Shown piece by piece: positions 8,397 to 18,351 of a stretch of DNA of 64,000 bases. The stretch's first letter is position 1, and the number at the start of each line of letters is the position of its first letter. This stretch comes from an uncultured Verrucomicrobiae bacterium (GTDB lineage: Bacteria; Verrucomicrobiota; Verrucomicrobiia; Chthoniobacterales; JAATET01), in the NCBI GenBank assembly GCA_963803825.1, contig CAWDOJ010000009.1, forward strand, positions 4,991 through 68,990. Direction: 5' to 3'. A model generated the notes under the pieces. The model was given only the letters and a program-made list of their open reading frames with translations, was not told the DNA's origin and made no database searches. The position numbers and the translations under genes were made by a program.

Positions 8397-9740
8397 CTAC
8401 TGGATGCGCGAACGCAGGTTCCCGAACCGCTTGATGAGATTGCCGTAGAATACTCCGGATGGCTCGAGAGTCCGCTCCTTGGTATCTGGGTCCATAATGG
8501 ACAGCCCAAAGTTTGCGTCGTAGCCCTCGTGCCACTCGTAGTTGTCGACTAAGGTCCACGCGAAATAGCCGCGCATGTCGGCACCGTCCGCCATCGCGCG
8601 GCGCATTTGATTAATGTGGTCGCGGAGGTATTTGATCTTCTTCTGCTCGTTCAGTGTCCCGATCCCGTTTTCCATGATCGCCATGGGTCTCTGGTAACGT
8701 TCCCAGACGTCCATGATGAGTTTGTAAAACGACTCCGGATCGATGACCCAGCCCATCTGCGTGTAACTCTCGCTTTGCTCACCACGACCGGCGTAGAAAA
8801 AGTCCGCGAAGGTCGCGTTCTGGCTGTAGTAATAATTGAAGCCAACGATATCGCAGACATCATAGATGCCATCGAGGTGATCGAAGCACACGCGGCGCAT
8901 CGCATTGTACACCATCCCGGTTGGGTCCCAGATCCGGTCCCGCTGCCACCATGGCAGAGCCTGAACGCTCATGATGATCGCATCGGGCCGAATCTCGCGA
9001 ATGATCTCCGCCGCCTCGCGAAATTGCGCAACCGCCGCGTTCAGGGCTCTCCGATAAGCGAACGTGTTGAGCAGCGTGCTCGGTGGCCAGTGATCAGCTA
9101 AGTAGGAAAGCGGCAGCATCCCGTTGGGCTCGTTTTGCGGCGAATAAATGCGAACCGTCGGTGCGAGCGCCTTAGTCATCCGCGTCACGTAGTCGCGCCA
9201 GTGCTGGTCGGCCAGCGGGTGCAACCAGTGGGACTCGCCCGGACGGTCAAAGTCCGTCAGCCAATCCGGAAACGTGAAATGCCAGAGGGTCACGATCGGC
9301 TCGATGCCCGCCGCTCGGGTCCGACGCGCCATGTCGACGTAGCGTCGGATCGCGGCTTCGTTGTAGACACCTGGTTGAGGCTCGACGCGGGCCCACTCCA
9401 CCCCGAACCGGTAGTGATTGACCCCGATGGCCTTCAACAACCGGATATCTCGGTCGAACTCCGTCCAAGAAAAGGTCCCCTGCCCCCGCTCCGGTGCCCG
9501 GCCGCGTTTGATGTAGAGGTCCCAATCGGTCTGAAAGTACCCGACCTCGCCGGGTTCGGCCACCCGGTCCTCGGTCTGGTAGCCGCTCGTGGAGACTCCC
9601 CACCAGAAGTCTCCGGTGTCGAGTGCCCGACTTTCTGCCGCCGCGCCTGGTGCCAACTGCGGCTTCGGCGGCGCGGAGATGCAGCCGAAAGCGATGCACG
9701 AAGTAGCGAAGAGAAAAGAAAGCTTAAGGGACGGAGTCAT
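8397..9740 (-). CDS. Glycoside hydrolase family 1 (beta-glucosidase-like), probable lipoprotein
   Basis: DFWWGVSTSGYQTED, TLWHFTFPDW, acid/base NEPN, nucleophile IMENGIG. Start trimmed to MTPSLKLSFLFATSCIAFGC (signal peptide plus lipobox-like Cys). The ORF extends to 9905. Confidence 0.88.
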   Translation of the reverse strand: MTPSLKLSFLFATSCIAFGCISAPPKPQLAPGAAAESRALDTGDFWWGVSTSGYQTEDRVAEPGEVGYFQTDWDLYIKRGRAPERGQGTFSWTEFDRDIRLLKAIGVNHYRFGVEWARVEPQPGVYNEAAIRRYVDMARRTRAAGIEPIVTLWHFTFPDWLTDFDRPGESHWLHPLADQHWRDYVTRMTKALAPTVRIYSPQNEPNGMLPLSYLADHWPPSTLLNTFAYRRALNAAVAQFREAAEIIREIRPDAIIMSVQALPWWQRDRIWDPTGMVYNAMRRVCFDHLDGIYDVCDIVGFNYYYSQNATFADFFYAGRGEQSESYTQMGWVIDPESFYKLIMDVWERYQRPMAIMENGIGTLNEQKKIKYLRDHINQMRRAMADGADMRGYFAWTLVDNYEWHEGYDANFGLSIMDPDTKERTLEPSGVFYGNLIKRFGNLRSRIQ

Positions 9741-9759
9741 TTTGAGTAGGACGGAGGCG

Positions 9760-10611
9760 ATGAAATCGCGCCAAGCCATACCCGCCATCGTTCGACAGCG
9801 CAAACTTGCCGTCCTCGTATCTGCAACGCTCGCCTTCGCTCTCCCAGCCCACGCCGTCGACGAGGTCCTTCTCAAAAGCGGAAATCGGGTGAAGGGAACG
9901 ATCATCGCCCAATCGAAAGATCAGGTCGTGATGGAGGTGGGCGAAGGGGCCGTTGTTTTTCCGAAGCGCGCCATCCGGCGGATTTACGACGGCATCACCG
10001 CGAACCTTCCGGTCAGCCAGATGCTGGCGGAAGACGAGCTTCCGATTTGGTGGATCCCCCTCTCCGATCTCTACGCCGAAGATTGGGTAACCGATCTCGA
10101 GAACGTTCCCGCGACCCCCGCGACATCGGGTCTCTTCAAGAACGTCCCTTACCTCTCGTTCCGAGCGAACGACCGCTACCGCTTAAACATCTACGGCGAC
10201 CCCGCCCGCCCCGCTGCCATCGAGATTGGGCACGACTCGCGGTCGAAACCGAGCGCGAAGGTGATCGGCCACTGTCGCGAGTTTCTCGTCTCCTACCTCA
10301 CGGACCTCGAGCAGATCAAAGCTCTCTATGATTTGGATCCCAGCGGGGGGAGCCGGACCGAAGGCAAGCTGACGGTCCAAGCCGCCCTTGATCCGCGCGC
10401 CAGCAGCGACGAAGGCTGGGGGCTGCTAGTCTTCGACGAGAATCGACTTGCTGCGGCTCGAGCCGCGACGCCCGAAGAGTTCCGGAGGACCTCCGCAGGC
10501 TACGTCGAGATCATGCGTCAGGCCACGGGCGATCAGACGTCGTGGCAGAAGTGGGAGCTCGCCGACGCCCTGCAACGGCTGATCCCGATGGAGAATATCG
10601 AGGTCCGCTAG
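9760..10611 (+). CDS. Hypothetical secreted protein
   Basis: ATG 9760 preceded by ggaggcg. Signal peptide MKSRQAIPAIVRQRKLAVLVSATLAFALPAHA. No family recognised. Confidence 0.55.
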   Translation: MKSRQAIPAIVRQRKLAVLVSATLAFALPAHAVDEVLLKSGNRVKGTIIAQSKDQVVMEVGEGAVVFPKRAIRRIYDGITANLPVSQMLAEDELPIWWIPLSDLYAEDWVTDLENVPATPATSGLFKNVPYLSFRANDRYRLNIYGDPARPAAIEIGHDSRSKPSAKVIGHCREFLVSYLTDLEQIKALYDLDPSGGSRTEGKLTVQAALDPRASSDEGWGLLVFDENRLAAARAATPEEFRRTSAGYVEIMRQATGDQTSWQKWELADALQRLIPMENIEVR

Positions 10612-10634
10612 ATTCGAGCGTCCGGGTGCCACGC

Positions 10635-10663
10635 TTGACAAGCCCCGGGGCATCCCGTGCACT
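10635..10663 (+). promoter_or_regulatory. Candidate promoter upstream of trpA
   Basis: Perfect TTGACA (10635-10640), 17-nt spacer, weak -10 TGCACT (10658-10663). By eye only. Confidence 0.25.
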
Positions 10664-10695
10664 TTTTCCCCGCCCCTCGGCAAAGCCCACTACCT

Positions 10696-11511
10696 ATGGC
10701 CAACCGCATCGACACGACCTTCCTTCGCCTCAAATCGGATCGCCAAGCGGGCTTCGTGGCCTACATCACCGGGGGTGATCCGAGCCGGGAAGCGACCGTC
10801 GAGATCGCGTGCGGATTAGCCGAGAGCGGAGTCGACCTGCTCGAGTTGGGGGTGCCGTTTTCGGATCCTCTCGCTGACGGCGCGACCATCCAAGCCGCCG
10901 CGAGCCGGGCGCTCGCCGCCGGGACCAAAGTGTCCAATCTGCTCGATTCCCTCCGGGCGATCCGCCGCCGCTGTCCCGATCTCGCGATCGTTCTCTTCAC
11001 CTACCTCAACCCGGTTTATACCTTCGGCTTCGAACGTTTCCATCGCGAAGCCGCTGCGGCGGGTGCCGATGGCGTCCTCATCCTCGACCTGCCACCCGAC
11101 GAAGCCGCGCGGAACGCAGATCTCGCGGGCACCCACGGCCTCAAGGCGATCCGCCTCATTGCACCGACGACCCCACCAGCCCGGATGGCGCAGATCGCGG
11201 CTTCCGCCGAGGGATTTATCTATTACGTGTCTCGCGAAGGCGTCACGGGCGAGCAGACCGAGCTAGCCGACACGATCTCGTCTCAGGTCGCCGAGTTGCG
11301 ACGACACACCGATCTTCCCATCGCCGTCGGCTTTGGAATTTCCAATCCGGAGCAGGCGGCCTCAGTGGCTCAGCACGCCGACGCGGTGGTGGTCGGGAGC
11401 GCCATCGTCCGCCAGATTGCCGAGCACGGCAGCGACGCCGACCTCGCGGACCAGATTGCCGCCTTCGTCCGTCCGCTGGCCGAGGCGACGCATCAAGTCC
11501 GCCGCTCGTAG
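10696..11511 (+). CDS. trpA: Tryptophan synthase alpha chain
   Basis: FVAYITGGDP, ELGVPFSDPLADGATIQ, YYVSREGVTG, GFGIS motifs. Start trimmed to MANRIDTTFLRLK. Confidence 0.92.
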   Translation: MANRIDTTFLRLKSDRQAGFVAYITGGDPSREATVEIACGLAESGVDLLELGVPFSDPLADGATIQAAASRALAAGTKVSNLLDSLRAIRRRCPDLAIVLFTYLNPVYTFGFERFHREAAAAGADGVLILDLPPDEAARNADLAGTHGLKAIRLIAPTTPPARMAQIAASAEGFIYYVSREGVTGEQTELADTISSQVAELRRHTDLPIAVGFGISNPEQAASVAQHADAVVVGSAIVRQIAEHGSDADLADQIAAFVRPLAEATHQVRRS

Positions 11512-11574
11512 CCCGGGTCCGGCGCGCCCTTTCCTTGCTCGGCCTCTGAATTGGACGATACTGCCACTTTTTCC

Positions 11575-12681
11575 ATGATACCTATCGAGCACGACGACCC
11601 GACCAACGCCCGCATCCTCGCCATCTCCGAAGACAAGATTCGCGGATTCTCCCGCGAACCGTTCGCCGAGATAGCTCGACTCTCTGGCGTGGACCTCGAA
11701 GTCGTCACCACCCGCATCCGCGCCATGCTCGAGGCCGGCACGATCCGCCGGGTCCGGCAGACGCTCATCGCAACGAACCTTGCGGAGGGAGCCCTCGTCG
11801 CCTGGAAAGTCCCGACCGATCGATTGGACGCAACCTTCGACTTCATGTCCAAGGAAGATCCGTTCTCTGGCCACGTCGTCATCCGTTCGACGGACGCCAA
11901 GATCCCTGGCCAAGCCTACAAGCTTTGGACAACCGTCAAGGTCCCCGCCGGACGGGAACTCACCGAACACTGCGACGCCTTGCTCCGTCTCACCGGTGCG
12001 GAATCCTACCGCCTGATGCCCGCCCGCGGGATCTTCGCCCTGGGGGTTGGCCACGTTCGCCGGAAGACCATCGAATACGGTGATCGCTCGGATGCGCCCG
12101 CCAGCATGCTGAAGGTCGAGACCGTTCACCTCTCCGAGGCTGAGTGGACCATCCTGCTCGAACTCAAGCGCGAGTTCGAACCCGACGAGATCGCGGAGCC
12201 CGCGTGGGAGCGCCGGGCGGCAGCTGCGGGCGTGTCCCTCGACGAATTCTGCGGGGTGGCGGAGTCCCTCAACGAACGGAAGGTAATCGGGCGCTTCTCC
12301 ACGTTTTTGGAACACGTCAAACCCTCGCAAGGTGGCGTCCGCGTCACCCGATTTAATGGACTTTTTCACTGGGCGGTTCCTTCGGGCCGCGAGGTGGAGG
12401 CGGGCGCCGAGATCGGTCGACACGAGATCCTGACCCACTGCTACTGGCGGGAGGGCGGGCCAGAATTTAACGATGTCAACATCATGGCCGTGGCCCACGG
12501 CACCGACCGTGATCGCTTGCTGGCTCACAAGGCTGCAATCGACGACCACTTGGTTCAAATCGGTATCCCGGTCTCCTACACGAACGTCTTCTGGGGCGGT
12601 CGCAGCGAGATCAAACCATCGGAGATCTCCCCGCTCGTTTACAACGCTTGGCACACCCGCCAAGCGGACGGCCAGCGTTAA
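11575..12681 (+). CDS. Tandem Lrp/AsnC-type protein, siroheme decarboxylase (NirDL / AhbAB)-like
   Basis: Two repeats of a winged-helix plus AsnC-like domain (FAEIARLSGVDLEVVTTRIRAMLEAGTIRR... and WERRAAAAGVSLDEFCGVAESLNERKVIGRF...). Size fits fused NirDL. The assignment is from memory of family features. Confidence 0.55.
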   Translation: MIPIEHDDPTNARILAISEDKIRGFSREPFAEIARLSGVDLEVVTTRIRAMLEAGTIRRVRQTLIATNLAEGALVAWKVPTDRLDATFDFMSKEDPFSGHVVIRSTDAKIPGQAYKLWTTVKVPAGRELTEHCDALLRLTGAESYRLMPARGIFALGVGHVRRKTIEYGDRSDAPASMLKVETVHLSEAEWTILLELKREFEPDEIAEPAWERRAAAAGVSLDEFCGVAESLNERKVIGRFSTFLEHVKPSQGGVRVTRFNGLFHWAVPSGREVEAGAEIGRHEILTHCYWREGGPEFNDVNIMAVAHGTDRDRLLAHKAAIDDHLVQIGIPVSYTNVFWGGRSEIKPSEISPLVYNAWHTRQADGQR

Positions 12682-12693
12682 GGTTTCCGGACC

Positions 12694-14929
12694 ATGAAAC
12701 GTCGCCTCTTCCGCCTCGCCCTCGTTCTGGTAGCCCTGGGGATCATCGCGGCGGTGGTCGCTGTGGCGTTTCTGTACCCGCATTATCGCCACTACCAGGA
12801 TATCGCCAACTCGTTTGATCTGGAAAAGATCAACGAAATCCCCGCGATCTCCGAGGTCTTTGATCGATCGGGACGGCGTTACAGTCGGCTCGCTGGCGAG
12901 ACCCGCTACGTCGTGCCGCTGGCGGAGGTCTCGCCGAACTTCGTCGACGCTCTGCTCGCGCGGGAGGATGATCGTTTTCGCAGCCACCCCGGGGTGGATG
13001 TCCGCGGCATCGTGCGCGCCGCGATCACGAACCTGCGCTCCGGCGAGGTCGAGGAAGGGGCGAGCACCATCACCCAACAGCTCGCGCGCAATTCCTATCA
13101 ACTTGCGGACGACCGGTGGGAGCGCAAGGTGATCGAGGCCCTCCTCGCCCTGCGGATGGAGCGCGAGCTGACGAAGGACGAGATCCTGGAAGCCTACGTG
13201 AACCGCATTTTCTACGGTCGTGGACTCTACGGGATCGAGACCGCCGCGCGCGCTTGCTTCGGGAAAAACGCCGAGGATCTCACGCTCTCCGAAGCGGCCA
13301 TCCTCGCCGGCCTTATCCGTAGCCCCAATCGATTTACCCCGCTCGAGGACACCGCGAAAGCGATCTCCCAACGGAATCAGGTCCTCGCCAGGATGGAGAC
13401 TTTGGCGCTCATCTCAACCGCCGAAGCCGACGCCGCTCGTGCCGAGGAGATGCCCGCTGCCAAACGCCTCCCGCCCGTCGTGCAGCAAGATTACGCCATG
13501 GACGCCGTCCTGCGTGACCTCCGGATCGTGCTTGATTCCGCGGTCATCGCCCGAGGCGGGCTGAAGATCTACACCACGATCGACCGCCGCCTTCAACTCA
13601 TCGCCCAGTCCGCGGTAGAAGAGACCCTCGCCGAGATCGAATCGGATGCCGACTGGCCTCATCCCACGCGGGCTTCTGTACGATCCGGAAGGCGGCGATC
13701 CCGCCTATCTGCAAGGCTCCCTCGTTGCCATCGACAATTCTACCGGTGGCATCCTTGCCATCGTCGGCGGGCGGGATTACGTCGAGAGCCGATACAACCG
13801 CGCCCTTCTCGCCGAGCGGCAGGTGGGTTCGACCTTCAAACCGTTCATCTACGCCGCTGCGTTCGAGGCGGGACTCCTACCCGGCACGCTCGTCGACGAC
13901 GGTCCGATCCGCCCCGGCGAGATCGCGTCGATCCAATCGGACTGGTCACCGCAGAATTCCGACCGAAATGACGCTGGCCTTCTCCCCGCCGCCACCGGGC
14001 TCGTCCGATCACGCAACACGATGGCCGTGCGGATCGGCGAGTTCGCCACGTTGCCCGCAATCACCGCCCTGGCCGCCCGGGTCGGCCTGGGCGAGATCCC
14101 GGCGAATCCTGCAACCTACCTCGGCGCTTTCGAGGCGACGTTGAAAGACATCACCACGGCTTACACGACCTTCCCGAACGCGGGCGTTCGCCGCCAATCG
14201 TACATCATCGATCACGTCGTCGACCGCGCGGGGCGCACGATTTACAAGGCCACCGAAGCCTCGCTTCCCGCCGTCGATCCACCCGCCGACGCCATCGTCG
14301 ACGAGATTCTGCAGGAGGTTGTCAGCAACGGCACTGCTGCCAAGGCCTCCACCCTGGGCCTCACCGTGCCAGCAGCCGGGAAAACGGGCACGACCGACGA
14401 CTACAAAGATGCGTGGTTCGTCGGTTACACGAGCCGTCTGACCTGTGGCGTCTGGGTCGGCCTCGACCAACCGCAGCGCATCATGAACAAAGGCTACGGG
14501 AGCACGTTGGCGCTGCCGATCTGGGTGGAATTCATCGAGAAAGCTTCGCAGCGCGACTTCGCGGCGGACCGGCTTGGTATCGACGTCCCGCGAGTCCGTG
14601 GTCCGATCTGTCGGCGCTCCGGCCTACAAGCCACCGCGACGTGCCAAGCTGCGGGGTACGCCTACGTTGCCGAGATCCCGAAAGCGATGACCCCGGTGAG
14701 TTCTTGTGGTCTCGGCTTGGCCGAACACGACTCAACGACCATGACGGCCCCACGTGTCGCCTCGGCGATCCCGATCCAAGTGGCCCCGGCCACCGCCCCG
14801 ACGGTCGCTCGCGCCATCCCGGTCAGCCAGCCAACGCGGTCCATCGCCCCCGTTGACGACGAATCGATCGGAGAACAAGGGTATCGGATCATCCGAGTCG
14901 AGGACGGCTTTCTGTTCCAAAACGATTAG
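12694..14929 (+). pseudogene. Class A penicillin-binding protein (PBP1A-type), frame broken by 1 extra base near 13670-13672 (pseudogene or sequencing error)
   Basis: GT51 motifs EDDRFRSHPGVD, GASTITQQLARN and RKVIEALLALRMERELTKDEILE in ORF 12694..13971. Transpeptidase motifs STFKP, SRN and KTGTT in ORF 13646..14929. The two halves abut when g13672 is skipped. Confidence 0.85.
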
Positions 14930-14961
14930 AGGTGCGCTCGCGACGATCTCACGCCAGACAG

Positions 14962-16146
14962 TCACTGCGATTCACTCAGACGCTTCGTCGGCGTCTCGAA
15001 CAGAAGCTCATGCGCCGCGTGGAGCCGATCCGGGATCGACGACGCAAACGGGTTGCCAGCGACGGCGCGCAGGAGTTCATCCTCGTCGAATTGCGAGGCG
15101 TTCTCCCCTGGGAACCAGTGCCCCGCATTGCCGAGCAAATTATACCTCGTCTTCGCAAAATCGATCAGGCCGAGACCTCGCGCTAGGTTGGCCAATCGCA
15201 GGATCTCCCAGACGTTGACGCCACCCGGGATCCGATCCCACTCCGGGATCCCCTGCTCCCACCGCGCCATCCATTCTCGACCGAGCACGCGGCGAAGCTC
15301 GTCGTCGAGTCGTTTCCGGATCGGACCGACCAGCTCGGCCGCATTGTCCCACAGCTCGAGCGCCGCCAGGTGAAGGTCGAAGTCGGCGGGGCGCGCGGCA
15401 CCGATGCTGAGCGTATGCACCTGCGGTCGGAGCAGGCAGTAAAGATCGTTAAACTGCATCGGATGCAGGGGTGAGCAGAGTTCGACGAGGCGGGGTGAAG
15501 GATCGTAGAGCTTCCCGCCCTTGTCGTTTGGGCTGATGATAAAGACGCCCATGTCCTGCCGGGTTGCTTCCTCGACGGCGGGCCAATTCCGGTCGTTCAC
15601 CCAATACCAATGCAGGTTCACGTAGTCGAACTCCCCGGTCGCGCAGATCTCGGTGATCAAGTCGCGCGATCCGTGGGATGAGAACCCCAGGTGTTTCACC
15701 CGACCCTCGCGCTGGAGCTGCCGCCCGATCTCCAGACACCCCCCAGCTCGTAGGGTCCAGTCGAACGTCTCCCGGTCGCTCAACCCGTGAAAGGAAAAGA
15801 GGTCGACGTGATCCAGCCCCAACAACGCAAGGGACTTCTCAAACGTTTTCAAAAATTCCGCCGGGTCCCCGCTGGGCGTGACTTTGGTCTGAACGATCAA
15901 CCTCTCGCGCGGGAACGTCGGGAGGATCTGACCAAGCTGCACCTCCGACGAGCCGTAGCCGCGCGCCGTTTCGACGTGGTTGATGCCCACCGCAAACGCC
16001 CGTTGGATGACCGCTTCGAGGTTCGCCTGGGAATCCGCCTCGATCTGATTCGGCGCGAGATCTTTCCACGTTTGCTGATAGCGCATCCCCCCACAGCTGA
16101 GGACGGGCATGGCGAGTTCCGTCCGTCCGAACCGTCGCCTTTGCAT
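14962..16146 (-). CDS. Aldo/keto reductase family oxidoreductase
   Basis: 394 aa. N-terminal [37 protein letters not shown] are typical AKR signatures. Confidence 0.85.
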   Translation of the reverse strand: MQRRRFGRTELAMPVLSCGGMRYQQTWKDLAPNQIEADSQANLEAVIQRAFAVGINHVETARGYGSSEVQLGQILPTFPRERLIVQTKVTPSGDPAEFLKTFEKSLALLGLDHVDLFSFHGLSDRETFDWTLRAGGCLEIGRQLQREGRVKHLGFSSHGSRDLITEICATGEFDYVNLHWYWVNDRNWPAVEEATRQDMGVFIISPNDKGGKLYDPSPRLVELCSPLHPMQFNDLYCLLRPQVHTLSIGAARPADFDLHLAALELWDNAAELVGPIRKRLDDELRRVLGREWMARWEQGIPEWDRIPGGVNVWEILRLANLARGLGLIDFAKTRYNLLGNAGHWFPGENASQFDEDELLRAVAGNPFASSIPDRLHAAHELLFETPTKRLSESQ

Positions 16147-16171
16147 GATCTCCCTCGATTCGCTCGGCGGG

Positions 16172-17252
16172 TCAGGTCCGCCGCTCCAGCACGGTCATCA
16201 CCTCGACTTCCGCCGTCTGCGGGAACATGTCGAAGGGCTGCGCATACTTGAAATGATAGCCGACACCCAACGGCTTCAGGTCCCGGGCCAAGGTCGAAGG
16301 ATCGCAGGACACGTAGATGATCCGAGCCACCGGACGCTCGAGCAGCGCGGCGATCACCCGCTCGTCGAGTCCTTGCGCTGGCGGGTCGAGCACGACGGTC
16401 GCCCCCGCACGCTCCGGGTGCGAGAGCACTTCGGCGAGGTGATCCGCCACGTCGCCCGCGAGGTATTCCTCATTGTCGCCCGCGGCCTGTTGCGCCAGGG
16501 CCACGCTCCCATCGTTCCACTCGATGCCGACCACTTTGCCAAACTTCCCGGCGACGCGCCGCGCGAAAAACCCCGCTCCGCAGTAGGCGTCGATCAGCAG
16601 TGGTCCGCCTTCCCCGCAGGCCGCTTCCACGGCTTCGAGAAGGAGCGCCGCGACGTGGTCGTTTGTTTGATGAAATCCAAACATCCCCCCGTGCTCCCGC
16701 AGCGTTGCCGCCTCACCGTCCCGGGTGCGCCGATCCGAGCGGAGCTTTGTCAGCGCAGCGTTCACCGGTTCGGAAGCCAGCAGACAGCGCTCGACGTCGA
16801 CGAGTCCCTGCCCCTCGCGCTGGTAAAATCCGACTCGCCCGCCTCGGCGATGCACCGTGACGCGGTTGCGGTAATGGTATTCTAGCGGACTGGCCACGAC
16901 TTCGCGCACGTCCGGCGTCTCGATGCCTCCGATGCGTCTGAGAACTTGTCCGATCTGCGCCTGCTTCATCGCGAGCTGCGTCGGATAGGCCACGTGCTGG
17001 TAGGCACATCCACCGCAGGCCGTGTAATACGGGCACGGGGCTTTCGACGCGCTGCGGCGACCTGTCGACCAGTTTGTCGAGCCGTGCTTCGACGTAGCGT
17101 CGCCCGACTTTGGTCACGACGACACTGGCCCGCTCCCCTTTGATCACACCCCCCACGAAGCACGTCTTGCCGCTTAGCAAGCGGGCGACTCCTTTGCCGC
17201 CGAAGGCGACGTCGACGATGTCGACGGTGATTGGCTCGCGGTCTTCGGACAT
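16172..17252 (-). pseudogene. TRAM-domain 23S rRNA (uracil-C5)-methyltransferase, RlmD/RumA family, frame broken at G4 run 17037-17040
   Basis: N-terminal TRAM part (MSEDREPITVDIVDVAFGGKGVARL...VVVTKVGRRYVEARL) is in ORF 16713..17426. The Fe-S Cys cluster PCPYYTACGGCAYQH and SAM domain (DAYCGAGFF, VVLDPPAQG, YVSCDP) are in the frame of ORF 16172..16993. Confidence 0.8.
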
Positions 17253-17314
17253 CGGGGCATCCTCTCGGAACGCCTCCCCGGCGCGAAGTCCAAAAGCGGA
17301 CCGTTGCGTGTCGG

Positions 17315-18298
17315 TCAGATATTTTCCATCAGGCTGTTGATCTGCCCAAGATACCCAGCGTAGAAAGCGACGATTCGCCACCCGATGTAGATCGCGATCC
17401 CGGCGTAGACAATGCGGGGAATCCACGAGGCCAACGCGTTCAATCGATCCTCGAGCTGTTCGTCGTAGCGCTTGCCCTGGCGCTCCATCTCGTCGTCGAG
17501 CCGGCCCGATTGCTCGCCGATTGCGAAGGCCTGCGCGACCAGATCGGGAAATGCCCGGGTATCTTCCACCGCGTCGGCAAGGGATTCCCCATTTCTGACC
17601 GAGGCCGCCGCGTCGTCCGCGCCCTGCCGATAGAGTGCACTCTCGCAGACCGACCCGGCCCGCTCCATCGAGCGCAGGATCCCGCCTCCCGACCGCACGA
17701 GGATGTTCATCGTCTGACAGAATCGGGACGAAACCAGCGCCACGCGGGCACCACCCAGCACGGGGATTCGCATCACCGTCCGATCCGCCCCCGCGCTCCG
17801 CCTCACCGCTCGCGAGATAAGCACGACGACGATCCAGACCGCGATCACCAACGCGTAAAAAACCCCGAGGACCTTCGCGACCGCCGGGATGAATGCTTCC
17901 ATGCCCCCAGTCACCGCGACGGGGACCGCCAGCAGAACTGCCGCGACGTGGAGAAGCACAAGCGGATACATCAATCCGCTGATGATCCGGCGACGCGTCC
18001 GGTCGAGTGTCTCGTAGTAGCTCGACAGGTATCCCGTGACCGAGTCCAGTCGCCCGGCAGCCGCCCCGGCGGAGACCATTTCGCGATCCAAAGCAGAAAA
18101 TGCCCCCGGGACCGCTGCGAAATATTCTGCCGCCGACCCCTCGCCCGCTCCGTCGATCATCCGGCGGGCAAGCTTGGTCGCGGTGCCAAAGCGCTTGCCG
18201 GCTTTTCGCTCCAGCGTTTCTGGGAGCGAGCGACCGCTCCGCAGGGACTGGGTCAATTCGTGAAAAAACTGTTCCTTCTGGGCGAGACTCAGCTTCAC
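17315..18298 (-). CDS. Type II secretion / type IV pilus platform protein family (GspF/PilC-like), orphan
   Basis: Two T2SSF-like repeats (LSLAQKEQFFHELTQSLRSGRSLPETL...; FCQTMNILVRSGGGILRSME...GESLADAV) with 3 TM segments. Only the 3' part of the 639-aa ORF. GTG start 18298 (alternative 18331). Confidence 0.65.
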   Translation of the reverse strand: MKLSLAQKEQFFHELTQSLRSGRSLPETLERKAGKRFGTATKLARRMIDGAGEGSAAEYFAAVPGAFSALDREMVSAGAAAGRLDSVTGYLSSYYETLDRTRRRIISGLMYPLVLLHVAAVLLAVPVAVTGGMEAFIPAVAKVLGVFYALVIAVWIVVVLISRAVRRSAGADRTVMRIPVLGGARVALVSSRFCQTMNILVRSGGGILRSMERAGSVCESALYRQGADDAAASVRNGESLADAVEDTRAFPDLVAQAFAIGEQSGRLDDEMERQGKRYDEQLEDRLNALASWIPRIVYAGIAIYIGWRIVAFYAGYLGQINSLMENI

Positions 18299-18351
18299 CC
18301 TGCGACGATGCGCCCTAGTCCGGCGATGCACAAGCCGCGTCGGACGGCCGC

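Noticed and set aside
11362-13371. 669-aa ORF on the minus strand. Similar long ORFs occur at 235..1404(+), 17231..18796(+), 27282..29201(-), 48058..49312(-), 56982..58487(+) and 58536..59780(-).
   Set aside because: Each lies antisense to, or out of frame with, a gene carrying unmistakable conserved motifs (PBP1A, RluD, GspF-like, SHMT, PBP1A-2, Der, membrane protein). Their translations are Arg/Gly/Asp/Glu-rich low-complexity strings. This is typical of stop-codon-poor antisense frames in high-GC DNA.
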